A stretch of 62,277 bases of DNA, the filler included, from Bipalium vagum (taxonomy: Eukaryota), in NCBI GenBank assembly GCA_037834085.1. It is 3 parts of 3 records of this genome, joined end to end, with 100 filler letters (N's around TTAATTAATTAA, not from the genome) between each part and the next. Parts side by side here need not be neighbours in the genome. Positions count along the whole stretch, not along the records: positions 1 to 20,074 come from JBBMKC010261116.1; 2 more parts are not named here. One strand, 5' to 3'. Shown here piece by piece: positions 1 to 13,146 of this stretch. The translations under genes and the position numbers were made by a program. The stretch's first letter is position 1. Each line of letters opens with the position of its first letter. The notes beneath the pieces were generated by a model. That model did no database searches. It was not told the origin of the DNA and was given only the letters and a program-made list of their open reading frames with translations.

Positions 1-70
<70 letters not shown>
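1..70. repeat. (ATT)n microsatellite at the window/contig start
   Basis: Perfect ATT run from base 1. Confidence 0.98.
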
Positions 71-73
<3 letters not shown>

Positions 74-109
74 ATAAGCATTTGATTTAATTACCAAGGT
101 CATGTATTC

Positions 110-1050
110 ATCTTGCATTATGATGGGGGTCAAAGTATTTACAAATTGGTTGATATTTTCTCTGACCTGTAGGAAGTTTTAAAATTTTATGTTTTGGCAA
201 TAAGTTTCAAAATTTCTGAACACGAAACAATCTAACAGATTGCTTTAAAAATATAATAAAAGCATTGTGGAAAAAGTAAGAAGTTCGTTGGAATATATGG
301 GAAGAGCATGATCGTGCATCCACCATATTGTTTGTCTGTCACCTGTTCCTAGATTCAAATTGCATAAACACGTTCCGTTTATCTTTCAATGTTGATACAT
401 TGACCATATTCGAGTAATTCAAAGTAAAGTGAGGTATTAAGATGCACACCATAATCAGAAGAAACTCTTTCGGCATTGTTTTTTTTTGTTGAACCAATAG
501 CTGTGAAGAGTCATCTGATCCATTTAAGCATACCGACTTCCTCTTATTATTGACATAAAGAGAAAAATTCAAGTAAACCCATTTTTCGTCAGTTACATAA
601 ACATTCCTGGTCGCATTTCGCTTTGACAGCACTTCAACAATTAAATTAGAAATGCTTACGCAATTTTTTGGTGTTCATTTGCTAAAACATGCGAAATTGA
701 TTGGTATCTAATTCACTTGAAATTCAAATGGTCATGGAGAGTTCTTTGAATTAATCTTCTATTTACATTTGTTAGATTTACCGAATTTGACACAGAATTT
801 TCATTATCAACAATTTTTTTCAACAAACTGATGTCTGATCATTGAAAAATGATGCTGGCCTATCTGAACTCTCATTTCTTCTCTTTTTTATTCTACCTGT
901 AGTGAAATATACAGCATTTTTTCTTATTGTTCTCTTCTAGATAATATTTTTTTCTCCCAATACATTGAACAAATATCGATAGGCGTCTGCACAGAATTAC
1001 CATTAAGTGTCATTGTAACAATAAAATAACACACACGTTTTTGTATGTCA
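110..1050 (-). mobile_element. Decayed Tc1/mariner-superfamily transposase remnant
   Basis: ORF 339-632 has VTDEKWVYL (first catalytic Asp motif, cf. TGDEKW). An LKLP..-like C-terminal remnant lies near 140-200. Frameshifted; boundaries approximate. Confidence 0.6.
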
Positions 1051-1395
1051 CACATTTTTAAAAATATAAATGTGAACAATAAAATAAGAGATATTCTTGA
1101 AAAAACCTCTTAGAATTTATAAATTTTATTTATCTTAAAAATGTCTTATTCAATATACAAATATTAAAAATGAAAAAATAGGAAAAAAAACTTTCTTAAA
1201 AAAGGCAATTCTTTGAGCTCTCCTTATATTGTTGTTTTACAATAATAATAAAAAGTAATTATTATTTTCTTGCTGCTAATTTTATAAGAATAAATTTTTT
1301 TAATTATTTTTTTAGATTTTACTTATATGAATATGTAAAATAGTGAAATTTTCTATTTTATTTCATAATACTGTGGTTATGGCTTTTATTCTTAG

Positions 1396-1680
1396 ATCAA
1401 CCTCGATTACAGATCAGGGATTATGACAATTTTGAAGAAAACGGAACAAGACCGATATATCTTGTGTTCCATACACAGAGAGTGAAATGTGTATCCTTTT
1501 GTAATGACACAATTCCCAGCTGGAATATTGAATCTGGAAACGATTTGGTAAAAGTGGATGGCACTAGTCTTGTAGTTATCAAGAAGGCAATTGGAGAAAC
1601 TGCGAACTATTCAACATTAGTTAAAGTGACGTGTAGCAATCCAAAAAGTATTAAGCAATCTTTTCAGTTTTACATTGCAG
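1396..1680 (+). CDS. Multi-Ig membrane protein, exon A (Ig-like domain; 5' end of gene lies outside the window)
   Basis: ttttattcttag acceptor, gcag|gtaag donor, 285 nt, phase 1-1. Translation (D)QPRLQI...RVKCVSF..PSWNI...VKVTCSN shows C-W-C Ig spacing. Confidence 0.8.
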
Positions 1681-1727
1681 GTAAGCTCACTTTAAGGTTT
1701 CACTAAACTACTTTAAATCAAATGAAG

Positions 1728-1926
1728 ATGTGATATATTCTAATTTGACTTCGTTCATGGACAAGCAACAACGAAACCCACCTAATATGTACGATGCTGG
1801 AGAATCTGTCACTTGTAATACCACTGGATATAATTCATATGTAAGAATATCTAGTGAAATTCCACCCAAAACCAGTATAATTCTTACTGAAATGAAATCT
1901 TTAACAAAAGAAGTTAAACATCTAAC
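1728..1926 (+). CDS. Multi-Ig membrane protein, exon B (first half of an Ig-like domain)
   Basis: Follows a 47-nt intron (1681-1727). Encodes DVIYSN...YDAGESVTCNTTG. Phase-2 donor ac|gtaaga at 1927. Confidence 0.7.
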
Positions 1927-2625
1927 GTAAGAAACTTTGTCGTTTTTTAATGTTATATTGTTTCTTAAATATATTATTATTATTATTAAATCTGTTCCTT
2001 CTGTATACGATTCTGTCTCATGAGATGAAGTAAAAATATGAACACTTCTATGAATATACAAAAATTCTTTTATGATATTATTAACCAAATTAATCTTTAA
2101 TCAAATAAATTATTTTTTAATTATATCTATTTACTCACTTTTATAATAAAGAAAAACTTCTTTCTTTTTCTAACTAACTATTTTTTTCTTTAAAACTAGT
2201 CGATTGATATCTATACTTTTCATATTTGTTATCCAATTTTTTCATTTATTTATTCGCTTCTTTCCTAGGATGTTTTTCAAATAACTCAGTATTTAAGTTA
2301 TCTAATTTCTGTTAATATTTTTTTACATCTTTTTTTACAAGCTTGGTTGCTACTCATTATATCTCCTGCAAAGGACACAGTTTAGGCTCTATGGTTTTAT
2401 TATCATAGACTTTTGAAACCTATCGATATTTATCGGTTTAAATCTTTAAGTTATTATTTAAAAAAACGTTTACTATAAATGGATGATAAAGAAAAGAATT
2501 GAGGAAAAATCAAGACCCCTCTTTTGAGGTAATTTGCAATTTTCTTTAAATTTATTAGATAAGGAATTATTAATAAAAAGTTTTAACTTAGGTTTTTGGG
2601 TGATTATCCATATCCTATTAGTATA

Positions 2626-2836
2626 TCAGGTCAGTCTATAAGTTCGTGCGTATTAATAAATATTATGTAAATATAAAAATAAAAAGCAAATGAAATCGAT
2701 ATGAAACATTTATTCATGGAAATAACAATCTTTTTCCACCTGTCAGGAAGTTTTTTAAAACCATCTGCATAAAATGACAAAGGTTTTGAAGCAAAAAGAT
2801 ATAACGCAATACACACGAATTTATGGACTGACCTGA
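2626..2836 (-). mobile_element. 211-bp internally deleted mariner (MITE-like)
   Basis: 29-bp TIRs TCAGGTCAGTCTATAAGTTCGTGCGTATT / revcomp TCAGGTCAGTCCATAAATTCGTGTGTATT, TA on both sides. Retains the mariner C-terminus FYADGFKKLPDRWKKIV. Confidence 0.9.
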
Positions 2837-3238
2837 TACAATCTTAGAAGCAACTTTTCTTGAAGTCATCTTTCTTCACTTTTTAACTAATTGAATTCAA
2901 TGCCTAACTGTTACCTCATTATTAGATTTTTCAGAAATTGGATATATATAATTTATATATATGGTTAACAAATTTGTTATTTAATGTTAGTTTTAATATA
3001 ATGCTATATTTTTTGTTACGTTTGTTTTAATATTCGCAATATTTTTAAAATTATGTTTGAAAAAATTAAGACTTTATTTTAAAATCTTCAGTTTTAATAA
3101 CTTTTTAACCGTTTTCTAAATTAGTTGAATTTATTTATTTAAGTATTTCCAAATCTTTCAATTATTCCATCTTTAATTTCTATCTCATTAATATTGACAA
3201 GATATATATTTTTAAAATTTGACTTTTATTTTAGACAG

Positions 3239-3384
3239 GCCTAATGACTCTGTAATATTAACAATTCCGGAAGATATTTTGAAACCAGACTGTCAATATT
3301 ATCTCTTATGCTATTTTGGTGAATACTTGTCCCCAGATAAAAACAATTACTATTTGATAGATAAATATGAAATAATTATTGGAA
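3239..3384 (+). CDS. Multi-Ig membrane protein, exon C (second half of the domain begun in exon B)
   Basis: ttttattttagacag acceptor; the phase-2 site at 3239 matches exon B. Encodes PNDSVILTIP...CQYYLLCYF. Phase-1 donor a|gtaatt at 3385. Confidence 0.7.
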
Positions 3385-3436
3385 GTAATTCACACAATAT
3401 TAATATATAAATGAATAATCTGTTTAATCATTGTAG

Positions 3437-3763
3437 CAATGTTCTTAACAAAATTGATGGTGAAGGGTTCCACAAAAGAATTGGAACATTATGATTTTCA
3501 GGTCAACACAATCATCCAGTGCAATTCCACTTATTATCGCAAATTTCTGGCAGGACCTGCCCAGTTCGATATGGTAATATACGTTCTCTATGGCACCCCA
3601 ACTGCTTATCCAAGATCGCTGACGGCCAATTTTCATGACTCCAAAATCCGTAAAACCGATACCGGAGAACATTTGTTCACGAAAGAATTTCCAAAACTGA
3701 GAATGTTTGTATGGTGCGACGTCGATAGTTATAAAACGACACCAGTGGAAATATTTTCTGGAG
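3437..3763 (+). CDS. Multi-Ig membrane protein, exon D
   Basis: Follows a 52-nt intron (3385-3436, ..ttgtag). 327 nt, phase 1-1. Encodes NTIIQC...MFVWCDV. The donor g|gttttt is weak. Confidence 0.7.
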
Positions 3764-4293
3764 GTTTTTAATTGTTATTGATTTTTTGTATTAAGTTTTG
3801 ATCGATAATATTCGCTAATATAGATATCTTTTGATTTAAACTCATTTGATTTTTATAATTTATTTTTCTGCATGTGCATACCTAAATATTGAAGCAAATT
3901 TTATTTATAAAACTATCTGCATTTTATTATAACAACAAAAATTTATTTAAGAAAAGCCACCTCTTTCGAGGAAAATCTGCATCAGGCACCATCTTCGTTT
4001 TTCTTGTTAAGTTATCATCATCGAGTTTGGATATTGAATACCAGTGGCCTTTCGGTTACTGGGATTCGGCAACAGAGCAATATAACTGTTCGTTGCTTAG
4101 TCATCTGTTGCAACCAGGTTCTTATACTATTTAAGTCAGGTAATTAAAAATATCGTACCTTCCGAGGAACAATATTATTTATATCACCGTATTGCATCTG
4201 CTCAAAGATTACTGGCTTATTCAAAACAATAACAACATGTAATTTAAGTGTCATCTTTAAAAGATTCTTTATCAAGAATTGGTATTTTAAATA

Positions 4294-5313
4294 CATAGTG
4301 ACCAGAAAAAACTCGGACACACATTTTTAACTATAATTTTTTAACCAAAAGAAATATAAGAAAAACAACAATAAATGAATCATTTTAAATTTATATATTC
4401 AATTGGTTTTGAAATGTCCATCCTTTTCGCGAATACAGCTTGCCAAACGTTTTGTAAAATTTTCATCAATTGGCCACAGGTCTTTGGGTGTAAAACAGTC
4501 AGATTCTCGGCTCAGATTTTTTAAGTGCTTCTAAATTTTGGTGACACTTAGCACACACTGCTCTCCAAAATAGACCATGTACTGTAGTCCATCAGGTTGA
4601 GATCCGGTGAGTATGGCGACCATTCTTGAGACGTGATAAAATCCGGAAAATTGGATCCCTGAGTCTTTTTGGCCTTATGGGCTGGAGCGGAGTCTTGTTG
4701 AAAGACCCATTCATCGTTTTTAAAATGCTGTTTGGAACAAGAAAGTAATACAGATTCCAATATGTGCCGTCGATATACTTCTTGATTGATTTTAACCCCG
4801 TTATCCACAATATAGGAGTTTTGCCACTTGCACAGATACCACCCCAGACCATGACAGATTCTTGATTTTGGAGGTTTTATTTGGTTTTGGAGTTCACAGT
4901 AGCCTTTGGTGATCATATTCTACCGTTTTGGTGATTATGGTATTGTTCGATGGGAAATAACTTCTTATCTGACAACGATGTTGATAGTCCGTTTCCTTCC
5001 ACTTCCTGGACGCCGACCACTATGGCCAAGTTCTTTGAATCGCCGAATGACGTCAGAAGCTGTTTGTTTTGGGACATTCGACAATCGTCGATTTTCAGTT
5101 TAACTTTTTCCGGAAAGAAAAAATTCAAAAATTACCTCGCGTTTATTTGACATTAAAAAAATTACACTAAATATGATCAATATTTATATTAAGAAAAAAA
5201 TTATAATACTAACACGTGCCTAGATTTCAATAAACGAAAAAATATTTTAATAAAACAAAAAGTTTCTTTCAAGGACACAGCAGACTTTGTCCGGGTTTTT
5301 TCATGTCAACATG
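4294..5313 (-). mobile_element. maT/DD37D-type (Bmmar1-like) transposon, defective
   Basis: Imperfect TIRs CATAGTGACCAGAAAAAACTCGGAC / revcomp CATGTTGACATGAAAAAACCCGGAC, flanked by TA. Motifs MVWGGICASGKTP and WVFQQDSAPAH...WSPYSPDLNLMDYSTW. Frameshifts and deletions. Confidence 0.85.
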
Positions 5314-5394
5314 TATATTATTTTACTTTATCTGACTTATTTTTTTTATTGATAATCCTTAATTTTTTTTTTGATAATCCTTAATTTAATCATT

Positions 5395-5974
5395 AATAAG
5401 GGGCAAAGAAAATATGTTACCAAAGAAATTTACGACAGTAATATGTACTCACTTCCGATAAACATAACAGTAATAATATCTCAATGGCTACTCAACCATT
5501 AATCAAAAGGTGTATGTAATAGTTTCTGTAAACAGAGGAACTGATAATAATTTTTGTGTAATTTCAGACAAGCGTGCTTACTATATAAAGATGGAAGCAT
5601 ACAATGCAATAAATTTCATTAATTTTATAGACAAACTTGTTCCATTTTTTACTCAAAATTATACTAAAGTCTTAATAATGGACAATGCTAGGTTTTAAAA
5701 GACCACAGATATTACATTTAAATGTAGTGAGAGAACAGAATTACTTATATAATTTTTGGGTACCATATTCTCCGAGTTAAATCCCAGAGAGTTCGTTTTC
5801 ATGATAAAAGTAAGATTTAAAAGTATGAGGACAGTAACTCTTGATAAGGCAATAACAAATACTTTAGAAGAAATATTGAATACTGATGATGATTTAAATG
5901 ATAGGTATCCTAATTTTAATAATAATATAAAACAATGGTTAGAAAAAGCTAGAAGAAAAGACCCACATATTTAA
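5395..5974 (+). mobile_element. IS630/Tc1-like DDE transposase fragment
   Basis: VLIMDNARF* followed by SELNPREFVF (cf. YSPELNPIE). Stops and frameshifts. Confidence 0.75.
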
Positions 5975-6056
5975 TAAATAATTCAGGTTTATCTTTGGTA
6001 ATTTAATGTTTTATACATGTTATGGTTTTGAATAATCCTCTAAAATTCTATATATA

Positions 6057-7200
6057 CAGGGTATTTATTATGTATGTTAACATGCTTTCATTTTAAATAT
6101 TTTAACAAACAATAAAGATATAAAGTAGGTAATATTTTTTTTCTGAATAAGATATATTTAAAATCAAATACAATATGTAATTATATAATTTGAAGCCAGT
6201 TGATAGCTAGGCAATGGATTAATCGAGACATACTCGCTGGCACATTCCAGTATCTACTTCATTACAAACATGACTGATTTTATCCTTGAGCTCAGCGATT
6301 GTATGAGGCCTGTCTCTGTACACATTTGTTTTAGATATCCCCACAAGAAGTCTGGTGGAGTTAGATCAGCCGAATAAGGAGGCCACTCAATTGGACCTCG
6401 TTTTCCAATCCAGCGATTTGGGAACTTTTTGTCTAGCCAGTTCCTGTTTTTTTTGCGAATAGTGCGCAGGTGCCCCAATCATGTTGTAAGTACTTACGAG
6501 ATCTTGTTATTTTAGGCCATAAAAACTTTTCCAGCACCTCCAGGTATGACCCACCAGTTACCGTATTTTCGAAGAAGTTTGGCCCAATGATACCTTGTGA
6601 ACTTAAATCACACCACACCGTTATCCCGACCCTGGAGTTTCTAACATAAATTGTTATTTTAGAGTTAGGGCAGGCCAAATAGCAGCAATTGTGGCGGTTA
6701 ACAATTCCATTGAGCATGAACGTATTCGTCTGAACATATTATCTTGTTGACCAAGGAATACTCATTTTGAAATTGTACCAAAATTGTCTGACAAAATTCC
6801 ATTCTTCGGTCAAAGTCGTCATCGGTGATCTCAATTACGGTTAACGGTTTAAATGAATGAAAGCCTGCTTCATTAATTGTCTTGTAATAACTGCTTACAG
6901 TTATATCAAGTTCCCTAGCACCCTGCCGAACTGACAAATTGCTAGATTCTTCAACCAATTTTTTCACGCTTTGAATTGTTTTCGTTGTTGATACGGAACG
7001 AGGTCGGTCGGATTTTACTTGGTCATGAACACTTCCAATCTTTTTAAACTTTTCCACTATTTTTTTTAATTGTTTACCTACTTGGTGATGGAGTGATAAA
7101 CTTCTTTTTTCAATGCCTAATTACTTCTTCAAAAATTATCAAATTTGGAGTTCCTTACAACAATTTGAATTCTTTCTTCCATCGAAAAACGAAAGCCATT
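6057..7200 (-). mobile_element. rosa/DD41D-type transposon, defective
   Basis: KFKKIGSVHD..RPRS; RRMEFC; ICSDE; LNGIVNRHNC; VWCDLSSQGIIGPNFF; FPNRWIGKRGPIEWPPYSADLTPPDFLWGYLK. TA|CAGGGT terminus at 6057. Confidence 0.85.
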
Positions 7201-7937
7201 TTATTTTAAAATTAACTAAGTGGATTATTAAACTTTTAATCCATATAAACAAATTAGTAATACCTTTTTTTCAACTTGTAATTTAAAAATAAAGTATGTT
7301 AAAAATTATATGTATATATTAAAATTTATAATCATAATACTTATTATTAGTGGTAATATTTTTTTTTATTATTAATTATTATTAAATTTTATTTAAACAC
7401 CTAAGGTCATTTAGGTGTTTATTTAAGTTTATTACATTTGCGCGACTTTTTAAATTATATTTTGTAATTAAAATTGTATTGACATCATTATTAATATTAA
7501 AAATTCAATTATTTCAGAATTTATTTTTTAAGGCCTTCCAGATGTTCTGTGATCCTCGAAAAACGATCTTTTTCTAACGAAAAGTACTATTAGACAGTCT
7601 TCAAATCTTCATCAGCCCTTGATTGATTTTCAAATTCAGTTTTCTATGTTTATTTCATGTTTTTATCATTCTTATTGACATTTTTCTTAAAATTTTATTT
7701 ATTTTAAATATTTCTAATCTTGTTGGTAGCAGTTGTTTAATATTACAAACAATTAATATTACTTTTATACTTTCTGTTATTTTCCATTTAATTGATGATT
7801 TAACACAAATACCTATTCAGTAGCATTTAAATCAGATAGGATTCATAGTTATTATTTATTATTATAATTATTATCACTCATTATTATTAATATTACCCTG
7901 ATTAGGATATTTTACAACCTGAAAATTTTTAAAATAG

Positions 7938-8222
7938 AGCGGCCCAAGCTGGAATTTTTAAATATCCATCCGAAATGGTGGACGGAATATCAATTGATAG
8001 GTTTCACATACATTTGTAATGGTACCAATTTGGATTACGTTTCCTTGACTTGTCTCAATTGTTTACCCGACAACCGAATGGAAATCACAGCTTTGAATTC
8101 GTTGAGTATTAAGTTGGTGGTTCCTTCGACTTTGAGGAGAAATTCAGAAGTGAAATACAGATGCAAAGGGTTATCGTCAAAATATGATTCTTTAACTTAC
8201 GATGTCCAAATGAAATTGATCG
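7938..8222 (+). CDS. Multi-Ig membrane protein, exon E
   Basis: aaaatag acceptor, g|gttcgt donor, 285 nt, phase 1-1. Encodes ERPKLEF...GFTYICNG...VKYRCKG. Confidence 0.75.
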
Positions 8223-10067
8223 GTTCGTTTATTTTCATTTCTTTCTCTGTTTTTGTTTAAAGTATTATCTTATGGTTATTATTCTTAATATCGGCCCTTA
8301 ACAACCCTTTGTCATTGATTGTCCTTGGCGAACCTAAAAATTTAACAGAATGAAACAATAAAGAAATAGAAATTCTTTGTCAACTTTCCATTGTTAGGTA
8401 ATGTGATTTTTTAAAATTTAGTAATTGACAAAAATTTCTCAATAATAATATTTAAAAGAATATTAACCAATTTTTATTTTTATCTGGGATTTTGACACTA
8501 TTTGTTATTGTTCTATGAATCCAATGATTTTCTTTTGGTCCTTTCTCTATACTGGCAAAAAATTTAAAACACAAATATTGACAAAATTTATTAAATAAAA
8601 GAAAACAAAATTCAAACTACAGATAATGGGTCAACCATTTTTGATCCAACCAATTCTCCTTTCAAGTTTGTCGATTCATTCATTCACTTCGAATTCGATT
8701 CTATCTTTACTTAAGTTTACAATTTCACTGCAGTTTCATTTCATTTATTTCTCACTATTTGACATTTTCCAAATTTTACTTCTGATTCTTTTCTAAATTT
8801 TGACTGACTATGGAGACTTCCACTCGATTATCATGGAGTAAGTCTCTTCTCCAGCCAATGAATATTCCCCTTTACTGTTAGTTAATGGAGAAATCGGTAG
8901 CTTTTAATTATTCAACCAAATCCGAAAATATTCACATGAGCTGGATAATCAGTTATCTTTTAAGGCGGCTCTTTTCGTTTTCTTCTCAGTTTTTCTTTTC
9001 CACTTATAAATCATTGAAAGCCTCAATTATTCATCTCAATCCGAACGTATTCGCCTGAGCTGAACAATTGATTGCTATAGGTTGCCTTAATGAAAAGGCT
9101 CTTTAAAATAGGAAAATGATAATTATAATTTTTAGGAATTTGTATTATTTGACTTATTAACGTGTTATCAATTATTATATTATTACTAGTACTATTATCA
9201 ATTATTGTTATATTGATTATTACTATTAGTATGGTCTTATTACCAATATTTTGATATTAAAATTGTGGATGTTTCTTGAGATTCAAGTTATATTAGTCTA
9301 ACATTTGGTATGTCAAATGTTCAACTTTAACTCGTAGCGTAGATGCAATCAACGATGTCTCTAACCGCTGAAACGTAACTAATAAGATATACAACGGGTC
9401 GATTGATGGCTAACTTTCATAATCGAATCTGATTAAGGAAATCTGACTACAAAGATCAAGATTTTTAAAGCATGTTTCACTTATAAAAATGAACACATTT
9501 GATTAAAACAATTTTATCATATAAAATGTATTTTAATATATAATAAATTATTTTATCTAACTGTTATTAATTGGTGGGGTCAGATTAAATTAGTATGAAA
9601 ATGTTTTATAATTATATAATTAATTATTGAGAAAAATATTGGTACTAACGGTAATTGTAATTGATAATAAATATTTATTTCACTAGAAAATTATTTAAGA
9701 CATTTTTTTAAAAAAAATCTTTATTAATCTTTTACTTAAGCAAATTAATATTTTTTTAATTTTTAGAATATAAAATATCTTTAATTATGAATTTGTGTAA
9801 ATTTATTAACATTATTTTTTAAAAATGTTATGTATTTTAATTAAATTATTTAAAAAAATTATTACTCGGAGTATTATTACTTGGAGTATAAAAAATTTCA
9901 AAAAGTATTAAATTTTATTACTTTAATTTTAATTAATTAATGTTAATAATAATATTATTTTAGTAATTGGAAAATTTTTTAAAAAATAAAAATCAAGTTT
10001 TAAAATTATAATAAATTATAATAATTCATCAAAACTAAAAAGTTGTTAACATATTTTTCGACAACAG

Positions 10068-10382
10068 TTTCCGAAATGACATCGTTGGAGGGTACGAGTA
10101 AAGTATTTTTGTACAATAGAGACTATGTAATGTGTAAATCGAGTTTCACCGTTTTCAAAAACAATTTCGCCGTAAAGGAGTCCATACTTTATCCGGTAAT
10201 GCTGAAATTAAATGATATTGAACTGATTAACGAAAACGGTGCATTGGATAAAGTCCTTCTCCACTCTCCACAAAACCCGACTCTACCCATCGATAAAATC
10301 ATCAGATTTGAAGGATGTTGTCCAGCCTATGTGGCAGATTACTACTCTTGTACCGGCGAGTGGATAGTGTTAAATGTTGCCA
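10068..10382 (+). CDS. Multi-Ig membrane protein, exon F
   Basis: caacag acceptor, a|gtgaga donor, 315 nt, phase 1-1. Encodes DYVMCKS...RFEGCC...WIVLNVA. Confidence 0.7.
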
Positions 10383-12825
10383 GTGAGAAAATTTGTTGAA
10401 TTTGTTTTAATTATTGTATTTTTAAACAACGCTTGAAAGAAAAATTATAATAGTTTTTCTCCTTTTATTTTATTGAGTCGAAGTATTATAAAATGAACAA
10501 TTAATAAAACTCAGAGAAAACTATTAAGAAAATCTAACTAATTTCCAATCCCTAATCACAAGACTTTCATATAAATCACTAAAATTAGGTTGTGGTTTTT
10601 ATCTTTTTATTTTTACTTTATATTAAAATGAGAAAAAAATTAAATATAATTAAGTAGGCTCTTCTGAAAATCATTATTTTAAGGGAAAGAGTCTCCACTT
10701 TAAAAATGTGTAAAGCCTTGAAAATGACCACAAATGAACTCCGCATATATAAGAGAATTCACGAATTGCTAAAATTGAAAATTTATAGTATTCAACTAAC
10801 AAAACCGAGAATATCAAAGATAAATAATATAAAACAGACAAAAATAGTTTTATTCTCATTGAGTTATTGTATGTGTAACGGTCTAAGTCGCAGATAAACC
10901 GTTACAAATAGGCTTACGAACTCCCCTGTAGGAAATTGAAATAATAGAAAACTCGCGAATAAGCAAAGCGATTAACAAAATAAGGTACATTTGTTATCAC
11001 AAATACAAGGTTAGAAATATATTCAATCAATCAAACAATATTCAAAAGTAAAAACAATTATTTAATTAATAAAATCTCTTCTTGACTTTACAACAATCGA
11101 AGAAGTCCTGATAATAAAAATGTGTATTCTGTCGCCTAGAGCGAAGCAGAATCGAATTAGCTAGAGAACAATAAAAAAGAATAAAGAAAATATTAAAAAA
11201 TAAGTGATGAGAAGAATTTCCTTCTATTACTAAATAAATGTTAATTAATTAATTATTTAATTTTAACTCGATCAATTAAACAGTTTTGGAATTAATACAA
11301 ATACAATAATAGAATTTGCATAGACGTTACTATTTTAAGTAAGTTCTTATAATATAGAACTTACTATATTTAGTAACCTCACTTCCACAACATTTATTTA
11401 CGCTAAGTTATTTTATTTCCATTATAATAATGATTAATCACGTGGGTTAATATTTTAATTAATATCTAACTCCACGTTTTATACATTTAATTTAGGTTTT
11501 ATTTTATTTTAAAATGATTATTATTTGTAACTTTCTTAAAATTAAGTAAGTGTCAAAAATGTTTTTTTCACAGATATTTCCATATTTCAAAACATTTTAA
11601 AATAATAATGTTTTCGATTTAAAAATATTAAAATACTTTGAGGCTTATTACAGCCGCTGCATTTTTGTTTCATTAATTTATTTAATCAATTAAAACTTAA
11701 ATTCATTAAAATATCCACAGGACTTTACGGATGATCTATTACAACTTGAGTGATCTTTGTAAACTATAGCGATTGGTCAAGAAAGTAAACCATGACAGCC
11801 TCATTAAAATTATGAATGAAAAGAATCTTAATAGTTTAATATTTCTTTGTGATTGTTTCCTGTTATTGTGATATTGATGATTATCACAAACGATTATGAG
11901 ATTCTTTATTTAATATTTAGTGTGATTTATTTTTATTATTAATTACTATTTATTATTATTATTATATATAATTTTAAACTATTAGTTTTGTTTTATGATT
12001 TTGCTTTATTTTCTAATATTATAAATGATTTTGATTGTTTATTTATGTAATTTAAATATTTTAAATAAATTCCAATTTCGAAATTATAAAAATATATTTA
12101 GACACAAATTGCACATTTTCCATTAACTATTCATCAATTTAAAACACTATAACTCTGTAAAAAACAACTTTGTTTAGCGAAATAAGATCCTTTAGTTATA
12201 ATGCGTTGTTCATAACGAGGAACAAATTTAGTTAGTCCGATAGCATACAATTACGTATTTTTGGGGTCCGTCAAAGCTCGAATTATTTCTTTTACATGAA
12301 TTGATCAAAATGCTGAAACATGTGATAATCTGCTAGGGAGAGATCTAGAGAATGTGGTAGTGAGGACAAATTCCATAACAGAGTTCTCTGAGGTTATCTT
12401 TCACCATTTGTCCAACATGTGACTGGAAATTCTCATGCTATTGGCCCTTTATGATGACCAATGGACAGTTAAAATTTTTAAGTACCTGGGGCATTTCTTC
12501 GAGATCTTAGCTAATTGTAAATTGCACTACAATGAGAGTACAACAGGTAGTCAAGTGTTTGAGTAAGACACCATGTAAGAACCTTGATAAAAGGTAATTA
12601 ATCATTAATTAAAAAAAATTTGTTTATTGAAATCCTAAGTTAAGTCTTAGCGAGTTTAAAGATATTATGAATATTAAATGTTAATTTTTTCAATATTGAA
12701 ATTAAAACAAATTAACCTTTCCTAAATTGAACTAAAGAAAATATAAATTGTTTTTGAGTTGTATATTTTGACTTGCTTTTTTCATTCAAATAAAAAACTT
12801 AAAACTTTTTCATTTTATTTTTAAG

Positions 12826-13146
12826 GAAATTATGAAGTGAAATACAATTTAAATTTAACTGAAGTTTATCCGGGAAACCTTTTGAAATGTTACATTTGTG
12901 TGAACTACACGACTGAATCAAAGTGGGCAACATGTGATGATCTCCATAAAATAATTACACAGATTTCCATGTTTGTCCGTCACCCGGATGGCTCAACACA
13001 AAACGTCATTGGAGCCGACCAAGTTCGGATACCGGTTGAGGGTTTGAAACCGGATGGAAGATCATTTTACAGAATAGAAGAATATATTGTTAAAATTGGC
13101 TGCATTGTCACTGAAACGACCAACATGTTTATACTCACCATCAAGT
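12826..13146 (+). CDS. Multi-Ig membrane protein, exon G
   Basis: ttttatttttaag acceptor. Encodes EVYPGNLLKCYI...VKIGCIV. Two adjacent donors: 13145 (phase 2) and 13147 (phase 1). Confidence 0.75.
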
